Of a stretch of DNA of 42,242 bases, positions 21,808-31,894 are shown piece after piece. A program made the translations under genes and the position numbers. The stretch's first letter is position 1, and every line of letters starts with the position of its first letter. The notes under the pieces are model-generated. The model ran no database searches and was not told the DNA's origin. It saw only the letters and a list, made by a program, of their open reading frames with translations. The stretch lies in sequence record SRR22947727_1587. One strand, 5' to 3'.

Positions 21808-22944
21808 TTAGGATTTCTTTAAACTGATTGCTGAACCCATGCCGCCACCAACGCACAACGTTGCGAGGCCGGTTTCGATTTCTCCGCGTTGGATTCCCCA
21901 AGCCAGGTGTGCCACGAGCCTTGCTCCACTTGCCCCGACAGGATGTCCCATCGCAATGGCTCCTCCGTTTAGATTGATCGTTTCCGGCCCGATTTTCATT
22001 TCGAAAAGACAGGCAAGGACCTGCGCTGCGAAGGCTTCATTAATCTCGATGGCATCAAATTTTTCGAGCGATCGCGCAAGTTTTTGAACCGCATGAACTG
22101 GCCCCAGCCCCATTTCTTTTGGGTCGCAGCCGACCGATGTTGTTTCATCAATCACCGCCATGATTGGCCAGCCGTTTGCTTCAGCTGTCTCGCGGTCAGC
22201 CAGCAAAAGCATTGCCGCTCCATCATTGATTCCCGACGCATTGCCGGGCGTGACCGAGCCGAATGCGTCAAAAGCCGGATTCAATTTGGCGAGCGATTCC
22301 GCGGTTGTGTCTGCCCGGGGATGTTCATCAGCAGCGAGATTTTCGAGAGGCGCGAGTTCATCCGCAAAAATCCCTGCCTGATGAGCCGCTTCATATCGGC
22401 GTTGAGATTCGACAGCAAATGCATCCTGATCTTCGCGGGAAATGTGGTATTTCGACACGAGTGCTTCCGCGGTTAGCGCCATGTGTTTGTGGTCAAATGA
22501 ATCCACCAATCCATCTTGTAAAATCGAATCGATCAACTTGCCATCTCCGAGCTTGATACCCGATCGGGATCGGGGCATGAGATGCGGCGCATTGCTCATC
22601 GATTCCGTTCCGCCGCACAGCACCACCTTTGCATCGCCTGCTCGGATTGCCTGCGCGGCAAGTGCAATCGCCTGCATACCCGAGGCACACATCATATTCA
22701 CGGTGAACGCTGGAGTGGTAATCGGAAGCCCGAGGTTCACTCCGATTTGTCGTGCGATGTTCATGCCCTGACCGGCACTCAGAATATTCCCGATGATGAC
22801 TTGATCGATCTGCGTGCGATCAAATTCACCAAGCGTGGCTTTCCCTGCATGAACGGCCAAATCGACCGCAGACTCACGCGCGAGTGATCCCAAAAATATT
22901 CCGATTGGGGTTCGGCGGGTGGAGACAATGCAGGCTTCGTTCAT
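21808..22944 (-). CDS. Acetyl-CoA C-acyltransferase (thiolase)
   Basis: NMMCASG active Cys, GNASGINDGAA, NEAF, GHPVGASG and CVGGGMG. Confidence 0.95.
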   Translation of the reverse strand: MNEACIVSTRRTPIGIFLGSLARESAVDLAVHAGKATLGEFDRTQIDQVIIGNILSAGQGMNIARQIGVNLGLPITTPAFTVNMMCASGMQAIALAAQAIRAGDAKVVLCGGTESMSNAPHLMPRSRSGIKLGDGKLIDSILQDGLVDSFDHKHMALTAEALVSKYHISREDQDAFAVESQRRYEAAHQAGIFADELAPLENLAADEHPRADTTAESLAKLNPAFDAFGSVTPGNASGINDGAAMLLLADRETAEANGWPIMAVIDETTSVGCDPKEMGLGPVHAVQKLARSLEKFDAIEINEAFAAQVLACLFEMKIGPETINLNGGAIAMGHPVGASGARLVAHLAWGIQRGEIETGLATLCVGGGMGSAISLKKS

Positions 22945-23005
22945 AAAATCGGGTCGAGGAATACCAAATCGAAGTCATTGCAACAACGGCGCATTTCCGT
23001 CGGCC

Positions 23006-23081
23006 AAAAAAACTTCGCATCTCCACGTGCGACCCACGTCGAAGAATCCGCATGCAGAGGCGCGGAGGCGCGGAGTTTTTT
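23006..23081. repeat. Imperfect inverted repeat with a GCAGAGGCGCGGAGGCGCGGAG arm; possible intra-operon terminator or stabiliser
   Basis: AAAAAAACTTCGCATCTCCACGT ... GCGCGGAGGCGCGGAGTTTTTT pair with G-U wobbles, with A and T tracts on the two outer ends. Confidence 0.55.
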
Positions 23082-24618
23082 ATGTAAAACAGGAGGATGG
23101 CATCTGTTTTAGATTGTTGCTGATGATGGGAGTAAAGCCCATCATGTCGAGAACATCTTCCTGCAGCTGGATGCCCGGGGCAATTTCGATCAATTCCAAT
23201 CCCTTCGGAGTCAGCCGAAAGACGGCCCGCTCGGTCACAAAAAGTATGGGCCGTTTTGATTCAATCGCCAGGGGTCCGCTGAAGGATACCTGATCTACCT
23301 GCTCGACAAATTTCTTAACGCGGCCTTCGGTTTCGATGATGAGCTTCCCGTTAGCGATTTGAGTTACGAGACCGCCAGAAGTCATGGTGCCGCAAAATAT
23401 GAGTCGTTTTGCGTTTTGAGAAATCGTGACAAACCCACCGACACCCGCGAGTCGCGAGCCGAATTTCGAGACGTTTACATTTCCGGACGCATCGACCTGG
23501 GCGGCTCCGAGCGCTGCAAAATCGAGTCCACCTCCGTCGTAGAAATCGAATTGCGACGGTTGATCGATGACTGCCTGCGGGTGAACTGCTGCACCGAAAC
23601 TGAGACCGCCTGCGGGCATTCCACCGATCGGTCCACTTTCGACGGTCAGCGTCACATCGTCGAGTATTCCTCGCTCAGCGGCGACTCGCGCGACGCCTTC
23701 AGGCATGCCAATTCCGAGGTTCGCGAGGTCGCCGATATGCAATTCATCACACGCCCGGGCGGCGATAATGCGGCGTTCATTGGACGGTAGCTTTTCGTGA
23801 ACGACCGGCTCGCTTTCGTCCGGGGCGGAGCAATAGCTCGCGTTCATCGCTTCGGCAAACGTCTGGTCATGTTCGCCGGCATCCGCCACAACAATGCGGT
23901 CGACCAAAACGCCTGGCACGGTAACGGACTGAGGAACGATTGCCTGATCACTGAGCCGCTTTACCTGAGCAATGATAATGCCGCCACTGTTTCGAACGGC
24001 CTGTGCAATCGCGAGCACTTCCCCAATGATCGCTTCGTCCTCCATGGATAAATTTCCTGCAGGATCCGCTGTGGTGGCGCGGATAAACCCAACATGGATC
24101 GGAAACGCACGGTAGAAAAGCCAGGGTTTCCCCGACAATTCAATCCGCTCGATCAGCTCCTCGATCGTCCTCTCGTTGAGCTTTCCTCCATCATTTTGCG
24201 GATCAATAAACGTTCCCAATCCAACGTGGGTGATGCACCCTGGACGGCCCGCGGCAATGTCACGCATCAGTTGGCAAACGACACCTTGCGGAAAATTATA
24301 GGCCTCGATTTTATTCTCGATCGCCAGCTTTCCCATGCCGGGCGCGAGCGCCCAATGTCCGCCGATCACCCGTTTGATGAGCGCTTCATGCGCGAGATGA
24401 TTCAGCCCGCGCGATTTTCCGTCACCCTGTCCGGCGGCATAAACCAATGTCAGATTCTCGGGTGCAGCTGTTTTTAGAAAACGACGTTCGAGGGCAGCGG
24501 TCAACGCTTCGGGATGTGCTGCACCAACGAATCCTCCGCACACGAGTGTGTCGCCATCTTTGATGAGATCAACCGCATCGGCAGCTGAACTCAGTTTATT
24601 TTCCCGACGATTGCTCAT
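23080..24618 (-). CDS. Acyl-CoA:acetate/3-ketoacid CoA transferase (single-chain YdiF/Pct type)
   Basis: [20 protein letters not shown], catalytic ESGPIG (ExGxxG), [11 protein letters not shown] and VTERAVF. ATG 24618 overlaps the SDR stop (ATGA). Confidence 0.93.
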   Translation of the reverse strand: MSNRRENKLSSAADAVDLIKDGDTLVCGGFVGAAHPEALTAALERRFLKTAAPENLTLVYAAGQGDGKSRGLNHLAHEALIKRVIGGHWALAPGMGKLAIENKIEAYNFPQGVVCQLMRDIAAGRPGCITHVGLGTFIDPQNDGGKLNERTIEELIERIELSGKPWLFYRAFPIHVGFIRATTADPAGNLSMEDEAIIGEVLAIAQAVRNSGGIIIAQVKRLSDQAIVPQSVTVPGVLVDRIVVADAGEHDQTFAEAMNASYCSAPDESEPVVHEKLPSNERRIIAARACDELHIGDLANLGIGMPEGVARVAAERGILDDVTLTVESGPIGGMPAGGLSFGAAVHPQAVIDQPSQFDFYDGGGLDFAALGAAQVDASGNVNVSKFGSRLAGVGGFVTISQNAKRLIFCGTMTSGGLVTQIANGKLIIETEGRVKKFVEQVDQVSFSGPLAIESKRPILFVTERAVFRLTPKGLELIEIAPGIQLQEDVLDMMGFTPIISNNLKQMPSSCFT

Positions 24619-25370
24619 TGTCCAAACCAGCCGCCGTTCACATGAATCGTCTGGCCGGTGATGTAATCCGCCAGTGGACTGCATAGGAATAAGATCGCAT
24701 TGGCGACCTCTTCGGGTTCGCCAAATCGTCCCAGGGGAATTTGTTTCAGCATTTCCGCGCGCGCGCTTTCAGGAATTGATTTTCCCATTTCGGTGAGTGC
24801 TACTCCGGGGGCAACCGCGTTCACCGTGATTTGCCTTTTGGCCAACTCTTTGCTCAACACCTTCGTCAATCCAACTACCCCGGCCTTTGCCGCCGAATAA
24901 TTTGCTTGGCCAAAAAATCCCAACGACCCAGAAATCGACGCCATGTTCACAATTCGGCCACCGTCGGCGAGGCGAACCGCCGCTTCTTTCGAAACGTTAA
25001 AAGCTCCGGTGAGATTAGTTCCGATGACCGCCTCCCAATCCGCATCGTTCATTTTTTTGAACGATTTATCCCGGAGGATGGCAGCGTTGTTGATCACGAT
25101 ATCCACCGCACCGAATTTTTCTGCGACCGACTCAAACATTGTTGCGATCGAATTCCGATTGCGAACATCGCCTTCGATTGCGATGACACCGTCACCCAAT
25201 TCGGCCGCGGTTTCCGCCGCGATCCGTTCATTTGCACCATCAGCGTCCCGAAAAAACGTAATGGCGACGTTGGCGCCGGCGGCATGAAGAAGGGTCGCGG
25301 TTGCCCGGCCGAGGCCTTGTCCGCCACCTGTTACCACGGCTGTTTTTCCTGCAAGGTCGATTGAAATCAT
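24615..25370 (-). CDS. SDR oxidoreductase, FabG/acetoacetyl-CoA reductase-like
   Basis: [27 protein letters not shown] and [12 protein letters not shown]. Confidence 0.92.
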   Translation of the reverse strand: MISIDLAGKTAVVTGGGQGLGRATATLLHAAGANVAITFFRDADGANERIAAETAAELGDGVIAIEGDVRNRNSIATMFESVAEKFGAVDIVINNAAILRDKSFKKMNDADWEAVIGTNLTGAFNVSKEAAVRLADGGRIVNMASISGSLGFFGQANYSAAKAGVVGLTKVLSKELAKRQITVNAVAPGVALTEMGKSIPESARAEMLKQIPLGRFGEPEEVANAILFLCSPLADYITGQTIHVNGGWFGQ

Positions 25371-25377
25371 CGCGGCG

Positions 25378-25386
25378 AGTGTAGCA
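25378..25386 (-). promoter_or_regulatory. Extended -10 element for the SDR operon
   Basis: Minus strand TGC-TACACT, 7 nt before ATG 25370. Confidence 0.5.
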
Positions 25387-25510
25387 AGTGGGTCCGTTCA
25401 AATCCAGAATTGAAAATGGCGTGGGTGCGGTGACGAGTTAATCATTGCAGCCCTGCATCCTGGCAAGAGCGATGCCCGGATAGAAATACTTGAAAGAAAA
25501 TTTCCATCAA

Positions 25511-26374
25511 TTAATCTCCAAATATCGTGAGGTCATCATGGTCCAACGCAGCGAGCGCCTGGTCGATGTGATTGGTGGTTCTTCCACCGACGAGAATGCG
25601 CCTGATCTTCGGTTGATGCATCGCCCACGCCAGAGCCAAGTGCGCCTGTGAGTGACCGGATTTTGCAGAGATTGCTTCGAGTCTCTGGAGGCGTGCTTCG
25701 GCTGCTTCATGGAAATACACATCCTGATGCCCGGGAATCACATCAAATCTAGAGCCGGGTTCGACGCCATGCTTGTGTTTGCCTGTCAGAAATCCTGCTC
25801 CGAGAGGACTGTAGCCAACGGTCTCAATATTTTTCGTCGTGCAGAACTCGCGAAACTCGGAGCTGAAATCACTGACCGCGTAGTTGAAATTATTCTGAAC
25901 CACGGAAACGCGAGTCAGGGAATTCTCACGCTGTAATTCCAATGCCCGGCTCAGCTGCGTCATGTCGTAGTTGCTGGCGCCAATGACTTTGACCGCACCG
26001 CTGGCGACAAGGTAATCGAGGGTTTGAAGCGCTTCAATCTTCTCCGCCGTTTCATCCCACGTATGCAAATAGAGCAAGTCGATCGCATTGCCGCCCAGCC
26101 GTTCCCTGCTTTTCGAAACATGCTCCGAAATCTTTTCAGGCGTGTAGGGTGGGAGGATTTTAGTCGCGATTGTCAGCTCCGTTGATTCGGCGGAATGCAT
26201 CCGAAGCCACTTCCCAAGAATCTCTTCTGAGGTTCCGTTTGCGTACGCCGCAGCCGTATCAAAATGCGAAATCCCGCGCTCGATCGCATAGTCCAGCAAT
26301 TTAAAGGAAGTAGTCTCGTCGATTTCGCGCCCGAAGGTGACGCAGCCGAATCCGATTTTCGCAACAGAGGTCAT
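25511..26374 (-). CDS. Aldo/keto reductase
   Basis: IGFGCVTFG, FDTAAAY, IATK, IDLLYLH, IGASN and YSPLGAGFLTGK. ATG 26374 is preferred because the ORF-track extension is mostly repeat-derived. Confidence 0.92.
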   Translation of the reverse strand: MTSVAKIGFGCVTFGREIDETTSFKLLDYAIERGISHFDTAAAYANGTSEEILGKWLRMHSAESTELTIATKILPPYTPEKISEHVSKSRERLGGNAIDLLYLHTWDETAEKIEALQTLDYLVASGAVKVIGASNYDMTQLSRALELQRENSLTRVSVVQNNFNYAVSDFSSEFREFCTTKNIETVGYSPLGAGFLTGKHKHGVEPGSRFDVIPGHQDVYFHEAAEARLQRLEAISAKSGHSQAHLALAWAMHQPKIRRILVGGRTTNHIDQALAALDHDDLTIFGD

Positions 26375-26383
26375 ATTTGAAAA

Positions 26384-26426
26384 CGAACCAACAGGATGCG
26401 TTCGATGAACCAACCCTGTTGGTTCG
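26384..26426. repeat. 43-bp double-hairpin REP-like element
   Basis: CGAACCAACAGGATGCGTTC-GAT-GAACCAACCCTGTTGGTTCG. Confidence 0.9.
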
Positions 26427-26515
26427 GTTTCAGAAAGACCAGCGGAAACTATGATTTAATAATAGCCGGTATCGGCCATTGATCGTTTTCGGGGCATCTG
26501 CTGAAATGTTGGTTA

Positions 26516-27952
26516 ATGAAGAAAAGCCCGCTGATCATTTTTCCAATGCTGTGTTTGTTGAATTGCTGGATTGCCGAGGCGGATGACTGGGCGCAATTTC
26601 GAGGGCCAAACGCATCGGGAGTTTCCGCAGGAACGGATCCGTTGCCGACAGAATTCTCACTCGAAAGCAAATTGCTTTGGAAAGCCGAACTCGGCGACGG
26701 AATTGGTTCAGCGGTGATTGTAGATGGGCTGGTTTTTAACACGGCGATGTCGGGCGAGACCGCGCTTGCTATTTTTTGTCATGATGGAAAAACCGGAAAG
26801 CAACTTTGGAAAACGGAAGTGCCGACGGGAGAGCTTCCGCGCATTACACCGCCAAATTCCCATGCTTCATCGACACCCGTAGCCGATGGCACGAATGTTT
26901 ATATGTATTTTAGCACGATCGGCTTGATCGCGTTCGACGCTAAAACAGGCAATGAGGCATGGCGCCACGAACTGCCGCAGCCGGCTTTTTTGATGGATTG
27001 GGGCTCGGGTTCGTCGCCGATTTTGTATGACGGTATGGTGATATTTGCGCGCGATGACGATCTCAATTCTTACATGGTGGCTGTTGATGCGATAACCGGA
27101 AAGGAAATATGGAAAACTCCTCGCCCCGACATGCTGGCCGGGTATGCGATTCCGGTGATGTGCACAGCGGGTGGGCGAACGGATCTGGTCGTAGCTGGAT
27201 CGGGCAAGTTGAAAGGTTACGATCCGAAAACCGGCAAAGAAATTTGGACGTGCAATACGCTGCTCCGAACGGTGATGACGTCGCCGGTGGTTGCTGATGA
27301 CCATATTTATGTAGCCGTTCAAAGTTACGGCGACAACACGCGGACTCTGAAATACGCGCTGCTGCAATGGCTCGACACGAATCAGGACGGGAAGCTTGCG
27401 CGCGACGAAATGCCGGAAGAGTTCTACGAGCGCTTTGATAAATCGGACAAGAACAAAGACAAAATGATTGATGAGCTCGAAATCGAAACGGCTTTTCAGC
27501 ACGAAGACAATTTGGTGGGTGGAGGAAATACGATTCAAGCGGTTAAAGGGGGCGGCAAGGGTGACGTCACGAAAACGCATCTTGCTTGGAACATCGATAA
27601 CAAGTCGCCCTCGAATTTGTCGTCGCCGTTAGTTTTTAATGATCGAGTCCATGTCGTGAAGTCCGGTGGGATTTCGAGCTGTTTCGACGCAAAAACCGGG
27701 GATGAAATTTGGGGGAGGACACGACTGCGAAATTTTGGGGATTATTATGCCTCACCGATCGCGGCGGACGGAAAAATCTACATCGCGGGTCGAAACGGTT
27801 TTGTGGTGGTTATTGACGACGCGGACGAGTTGAAGATCCTCGCAAAGAACGATGTCGGCGAAGAAATTTTGGCGACGCCTTCAATTGCAGATGGGCGGAT
27901 CTACGTTCGAGGTCGAGAGAGCATTTTCTGTTTTTCAAATGAAGCGAAGTAA
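26516..27952 (+). CDS. Secreted PQQ-like (BamB-like) beta-propeller protein with an inserted EF-hand pair
   Basis: Signal peptide, DWAQFRGPN, repeated D-x-K-T-G-x-x-x-W blades, YYASP, ATPSIADGRIYVR; EF-hand loops DTNQDGKLARDE and DKNKDKMIDELE. Confidence 0.88.
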   Translation: MKKSPLIIFPMLCLLNCWIAEADDWAQFRGPNASGVSAGTDPLPTEFSLESKLLWKAELGDGIGSAVIVDGLVFNTAMSGETALAIFCHDGKTGKQLWKTEVPTGELPRITPPNSHASSTPVADGTNVYMYFSTIGLIAFDAKTGNEAWRHELPQPAFLMDWGSGSSPILYDGMVIFARDDDLNSYMVAVDAITGKEIWKTPRPDMLAGYAIPVMCTAGGRTDLVVAGSGKLKGYDPKTGKEIWTCNTLLRTVMTSPVVADDHIYVAVQSYGDNTRTLKYALLQWLDTNQDGKLARDEMPEEFYERFDKSDKNKDKMIDELEIETAFQHEDNLVGGGNTIQAVKGGGKGDVTKTHLAWNIDNKSPSNLSSPLVFNDRVHVVKSGGISSCFDAKTGDEIWGRTRLRNFGDYYASPIAADGKIYIAGRNGFVVVIDDADELKILAKNDVGEEILATPSIADGRIYVRGRESIFCFSNEAK

Positions 27953-27981
27953 ATCGATTCCAACCTCAACAATCAAAACCG

Positions 27982-29514
27982 ATGAAAATTTTCTACGCAC
28001 TCATTTCACTTCTCGCGATTTCGATTTCTGCCCATGCCGCACCGCCGGAGGTCACCATCGTTACTGGCGCAAAGCCGAAGGCATTGGAAAAATATGCTGC
28101 TGAAGAATTGGCGGTCTTATTAAAGACGCTGTTTCAAGCGGAAGCAAAAATCACTGGTTCTGTCCCAGAAGGCGCGAAAAATATCATTCTGTTAGGGAAT
28201 GCTGAAACCAATCCGGCGATTCCGAAATCGGAATGGCCTACCGGGATTTCAGATCAGGGACATGTTTTAAAAAACACAAAAGACGGTCTGATTGTTGGTG
28301 GTGGTAGTCAGGTCGCGACGCTGTGGGCGGTTTACGAATTCGGGCATTCGTTTGGAATGCGATACATGCTGCACGAGGATTTCCCGCCGATCGATGCGCC
28401 GGAGTTTTCACTTGAGGGGGTCGATACGATTCTTGAGCCGAACGTCAAAGTTCGGGCATGGAGGACGCTTGATCCGGGGATCGCCAGTCAGGAATCGTGG
28501 GGTTTGGCTGATCACAAAAAATTGCTCAAACAGTTGGCAAAATTGAAATTCAACCATGTCGTGCTTGCCTCTGAAAGTCAGCCCAGAGAGCGTTCGGTAT
28601 CGGTGACTGGTGATATCGCAGGCCGATCGGTTTTTGGTGGAGCAAAAACATTTGAAAATCCCGATTTCGCTGGGAAGACAACTCAAACAGATAAGTTGGG
28701 TTCGTGGACGAAATTGCTGATTGGCATTCGTCGTTCGGCTGCGATTTTGGGAATGTCCGATTCCGTCGATGATAAGGGGACGAAAATTCTGAATTTATCG
28801 CCTGGCCAGCCAAACGGCGGATTACTTCCTCAGTTTTCCACTACAAAGCTTGCCGAAGAGTTGATGGAAGCGCGCAAAGTGAATGGTTTCGCCGCGCAGT
28901 GTTGGATTCCGGGCGATCACAACTCTGGTATCTACTTTCTCTCCCGCGCATCATTCGATGCCAACATCACACCGGCGCAATCGCTCGAATCGCTGGTAAC
29001 TCCCGTCTGCGGTGAAGGCGTGGCGGAACGCCTCGGAATGGGATTTGCGGCCCTCGCCGAAGCGTCCGCACTGATCAATGAAAATGACGCTGACTTTGCC
29101 GTGCCTGATCCGAAAATGTTCATGGAGCACTACGAATCTGGAAAACCCGTTCCTGAATGGTGGGCCAAAGCTAAAGAGCATTTTGGCACTGCCACGAATG
29201 AAATGTATCGTGGAAACACCAGAGCCAGGGGCGGGGCGCGGCCCTACATTTTGTATCATGCCAAGCGGTTTTTCTTCTCGCTCCATTACATGACTGCCAT
29301 TGACCATGCCCGACTCGCGGGAATCGCACGCGATGAAAAAAACAACGAAGCATGGGTCGAAAATCTGGAGCTTTCCATCGAAGCGATGCACAATGCACTC
29401 GGGATACATGCCGAAGTTGCCCGTGATCAAAGTGATCGCGGTGTGATCGCAATTTTAAATGAGTATGCATACCGGCCGCTTCTCAAAGCGCTTGATGAAA
29501 CGCCGTTGCCATAG
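27982..29514 (+). CDS. Secreted protein with an N-terminal GH20/GH67-like accessory domain
   Basis: Signal peptide (AHA), EKYAAEEL..., IILLGN, LIVGGGS..ATLWAVYE and QLAKLKFN pattern. Catalytic function is unclear. Confidence 0.65.
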   Translation: MKIFYALISLLAISISAHAAPPEVTIVTGAKPKALEKYAAEELAVLLKTLFQAEAKITGSVPEGAKNIILLGNAETNPAIPKSEWPTGISDQGHVLKNTKDGLIVGGGSQVATLWAVYEFGHSFGMRYMLHEDFPPIDAPEFSLEGVDTILEPNVKVRAWRTLDPGIASQESWGLADHKKLLKQLAKLKFNHVVLASESQPRERSVSVTGDIAGRSVFGGAKTFENPDFAGKTTQTDKLGSWTKLLIGIRRSAAILGMSDSVDDKGTKILNLSPGQPNGGLLPQFSTTKLAEELMEARKVNGFAAQCWIPGDHNSGIYFLSRASFDANITPAQSLESLVTPVCGEGVAERLGMGFAALAEASALINENDADFAVPDPKMFMEHYESGKPVPEWWAKAKEHFGTATNEMYRGNTRARGGARPYILYHAKRFFFSLHYMTAIDHARLAGIARDEKNNEAWVENLELSIEAMHNALGIHAEVARDQSDRGVIAILNEYAYRPLLKALDETPLP

Positions 29515-29524
29515 GGGCGAGCGA

Positions 29525-30352
29525 CTATCCGGTCTCAGGACCTCCAATCGCCCACTGAAATTCCGGGCGGTCAGCAAGATTTGAATCCCCGGTCCACATT
29601 CGAATCAATTTCCTCTGCTTGATGAATCCGAGCGATTCGGCCAATCGAATTGCATCCGGGTTGTCGTCGAAGATATCCCAGAAAATGTGCGAGGAAGGCG
29701 AAGTTGAGATCAGATCAGATATGATCCTCTCACCGATTTTCCGATCATCTGAAATCACAGGCCCCAGATAGGCGGCGCTCATGCCTTCGCGGATCGTTCC
29801 AAAACATTCGTCAATCGAGATCGAGCGCGAGGAATTCTGAAGCATTTGGTCGAGAAATTTAGAGCGGTCAGCTCCAAAGGCAATGTGATCCAGTTTGTAC
29901 GATGGAATTTCTATCTGTCCGCGATTGGGATTTTCATCAAACGGTTCAGAATTCCGTTCCCACCGCGCTAGTCCATACTCGACTTGGAATCCCAGTTTCT
30001 CGTATACCTTTTGTCCGTCTGGTGTCGCATCCAGCTTCACGCACCGGACTTTTTTCTCTACCAATAAATAATTCAGACAATGATTTAAAAGCGCAGTTGC
30101 CAGCCCCAATCGGCGAAACTCCGGATGAACCAACACCATGCCAATCCAAGCCAAATCAGTTCCGTAACTGGTCGTCGTAGCAGTTCCGGCAGGCTTTCCG
30201 TCATGCTCAATTAAAAAGCAGCCTTCAGGGGCATGCCCAACCAAGCGTCGCCAATCCGTATCAGTTTGGTTCCAGCCAGCGATCTTCCGAACGGTTTGAG
30301 CGAACGGAAAGTCATCGAAACTGAGGAGGCGGATTTTTGATTCTTCAGACAC
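29525..30352 (-). CDS. GNAT family N-acetyltransferase with a C-terminal YitH-like domain
   Basis: GWNQT..DW, WIGMVLVHPEFRRLGLAT, LDATPDG..VYEKLGF, AFGADR and GPV. Start is GTG 30352 or TTG 30388. Confidence 0.88.
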   Translation of the reverse strand: MSEESKIRLLSFDDFPFAQTVRKIAGWNQTDTDWRRLVGHAPEGCFLIEHDGKPAGTATTTSYGTDLAWIGMVLVHPEFRRLGLATALLNHCLNYLLVEKKVRCVKLDATPDGQKVYEKLGFQVEYGLARWERNSEPFDENPNRGQIEIPSYKLDHIAFGADRSKFLDQMLQNSSRSISIDECFGTIREGMSAAYLGPVISDDRKIGERIISDLISTSPSSHIFWDIFDDNPDAIRLAESLGFIKQRKLIRMWTGDSNLADRPEFQWAIGGPETG

Positions 30353-30402
30353 GTTTCCTGACTTGGTTCGGTCGGCAGGTTCTGCCAAAGTGACCTTCGC
30401 AC

Positions 30403-31845
30403 ATGAGTTACACGATTCAATCTATCGATCTTTTCGTCCGGGAAATGCCCCTGGACCGGATGTCATTCACAGTTGGGAGAGAAATTTCGGCGAAGAATCG
30501 GCGTCCCCGTGCCATTTTTCTAGTTCGTTTGAAACTGATTATCGACGGCCACACGAAGACAATTGTGGGGCGATCCGGCGATCGGCCCTCATTTGGATGG
30601 CTGGATAAACGAAGCGATCGCACGCCTGAAGAAAAATTGGCAGCTTTGATTTCTTTGGTGAAAAAAGCACGAACGGTTTACCTGGAAAACGGCGCGAGTT
30701 TTGAAACTCCATTCTCGTTTTGGAAAACGAGTCACGAGAAAATAATGGACTATGCCAAAGCGGAAAATCACGAAGCGCTTTCTGCCAGTTACGCTTCGGC
30801 ACTGTTTGAGCGGGCAGTGATCGATGCGGTTTGCAGAGCCGAAAGGTTGCCGTTTTTTGAAATGGTGCGGGACGGAAAACTCGGGATTGATCCCCGCGTG
30901 GTTCATCCAGAATTGAAGGGTTTTGATCTGCAAAGAATTATTCCACTTCATCAACGGAGCCGATTTTTCATCCGCCACACAGTTGGTCTAGCCGACCCGA
31001 TTTCAGAAAATGATTTGGAAAAACGAATTGGCGATGGAGAGCCCGAAACACTTGAGGAATATGTGAAACGGGACGGGCTTCGCTTCTTTAAAGTGAAAAT
31101 CTCCGGCGATATCGAAGCGGACTTGGCGCGGTTGAATCGAATTTGGCTTGAAGCAGTCGTGAAGGCAGATCAGCCAACCATTACTCTGGATGGAAATGAG
31201 GCGTACAAGGACATTGATGAGTTTTATCGATTCGTTACGGAATTTGAGAAGCGCTACCTCGGGCTTTTTCAGCATACGGCATTTATCGAACAGCCTCTGA
31301 CGCGTCAGCTGACTCACGATCCGAAAACGGCTGCGACGATCCAGAAGATTTCTGCGCTGAAACCTCTTGTGATCGACGAAGCCGACGGAACTGTCGACTC
31401 GTTCAAAAATGCGTTCGCCATTGGTTACTCAGGAACGTCCCACAAAAACTGCAAAGGCGTTTTTAAATCGATTTTGAATCGCGCGTTGTGCTTTCATTTC
31501 GCCGACACAACCGGCCGCGAAGCATTTATCAGCGGAGAAGATCTGTCGAACATGCCGATCGTTCCGCTTCATCAGGATTTCGACGCGCTCAGCCTTCTCG
31601 ACATTTCTCACACCGAGCGGAACGGACACCACTACGGTTTCGGACTTTCGCATCTAACGGCACTGGAAAAACAGCATGTTTCGAAAAACCATTCTGATTT
31701 GTATGTGAAACGAGGTGATGAGTTATTTCTCAACATCCGCGACGGAGCCGTCGATTGCGGCTCTGTTTTAGGGGCTGGATTCGGTGGCGACACCACGCCG
31801 GATTGGGATTCCCTCACTCCTCTTGATTATTGGAAGCCTGAATGA
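30403..31845 (+). CDS. Uncharacterised enolase-superfamily (mandelate racemase-like) enzyme
   Basis: FKVK, TLDGNE, FIEQP and VIDEAD metal ligands, SHKNCKG, SGEDL and ERNGHHY. Confidence 0.75.
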   Translation: MSYTIQSIDLFVREMPLDRMSFTVGREISAKNRRPRAIFLVRLKLIIDGHTKTIVGRSGDRPSFGWLDKRSDRTPEEKLAALISLVKKARTVYLENGASFETPFSFWKTSHEKIMDYAKAENHEALSASYASALFERAVIDAVCRAERLPFFEMVRDGKLGIDPRVVHPELKGFDLQRIIPLHQRSRFFIRHTVGLADPISENDLEKRIGDGEPETLEEYVKRDGLRFFKVKISGDIEADLARLNRIWLEAVVKADQPTITLDGNEAYKDIDEFYRFVTEFEKRYLGLFQHTAFIEQPLTRQLTHDPKTAATIQKISALKPLVIDEADGTVDSFKNAFAIGYSGTSHKNCKGVFKSILNRALCFHFADTTGREAFISGEDLSNMPIVPLHQDFDALSLLDISHTERNGHHYGFGLSHLTALEKQHVSKNHSDLYVKRGDELFLNIRDGAVDCGSVLGAGFGGDTTPDWDSLTPLDYWKPE

Positions 31846-31851
31846 TTTTCA

Positions 31852-31894
31852 CGAAACGACAGGGTCTGTTCGACGAACAGGCCCTGTTCATTCG
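31852..31894. repeat. 43-bp double-hairpin REP-like element between convergent genes; contains the stop of 31888..32925
   Basis: CGAAACGACAGGGTCTGTTC-GAC-GAACAGGCCCTGTTCATTCG. Confidence 0.88.

Noticed and set aside
31852-31894. Elements as simple intrinsic terminators
   Set aside because: There is no consistent U-tract, primary sequence is conserved across loci, and copies also occur in divergent promoter gaps.
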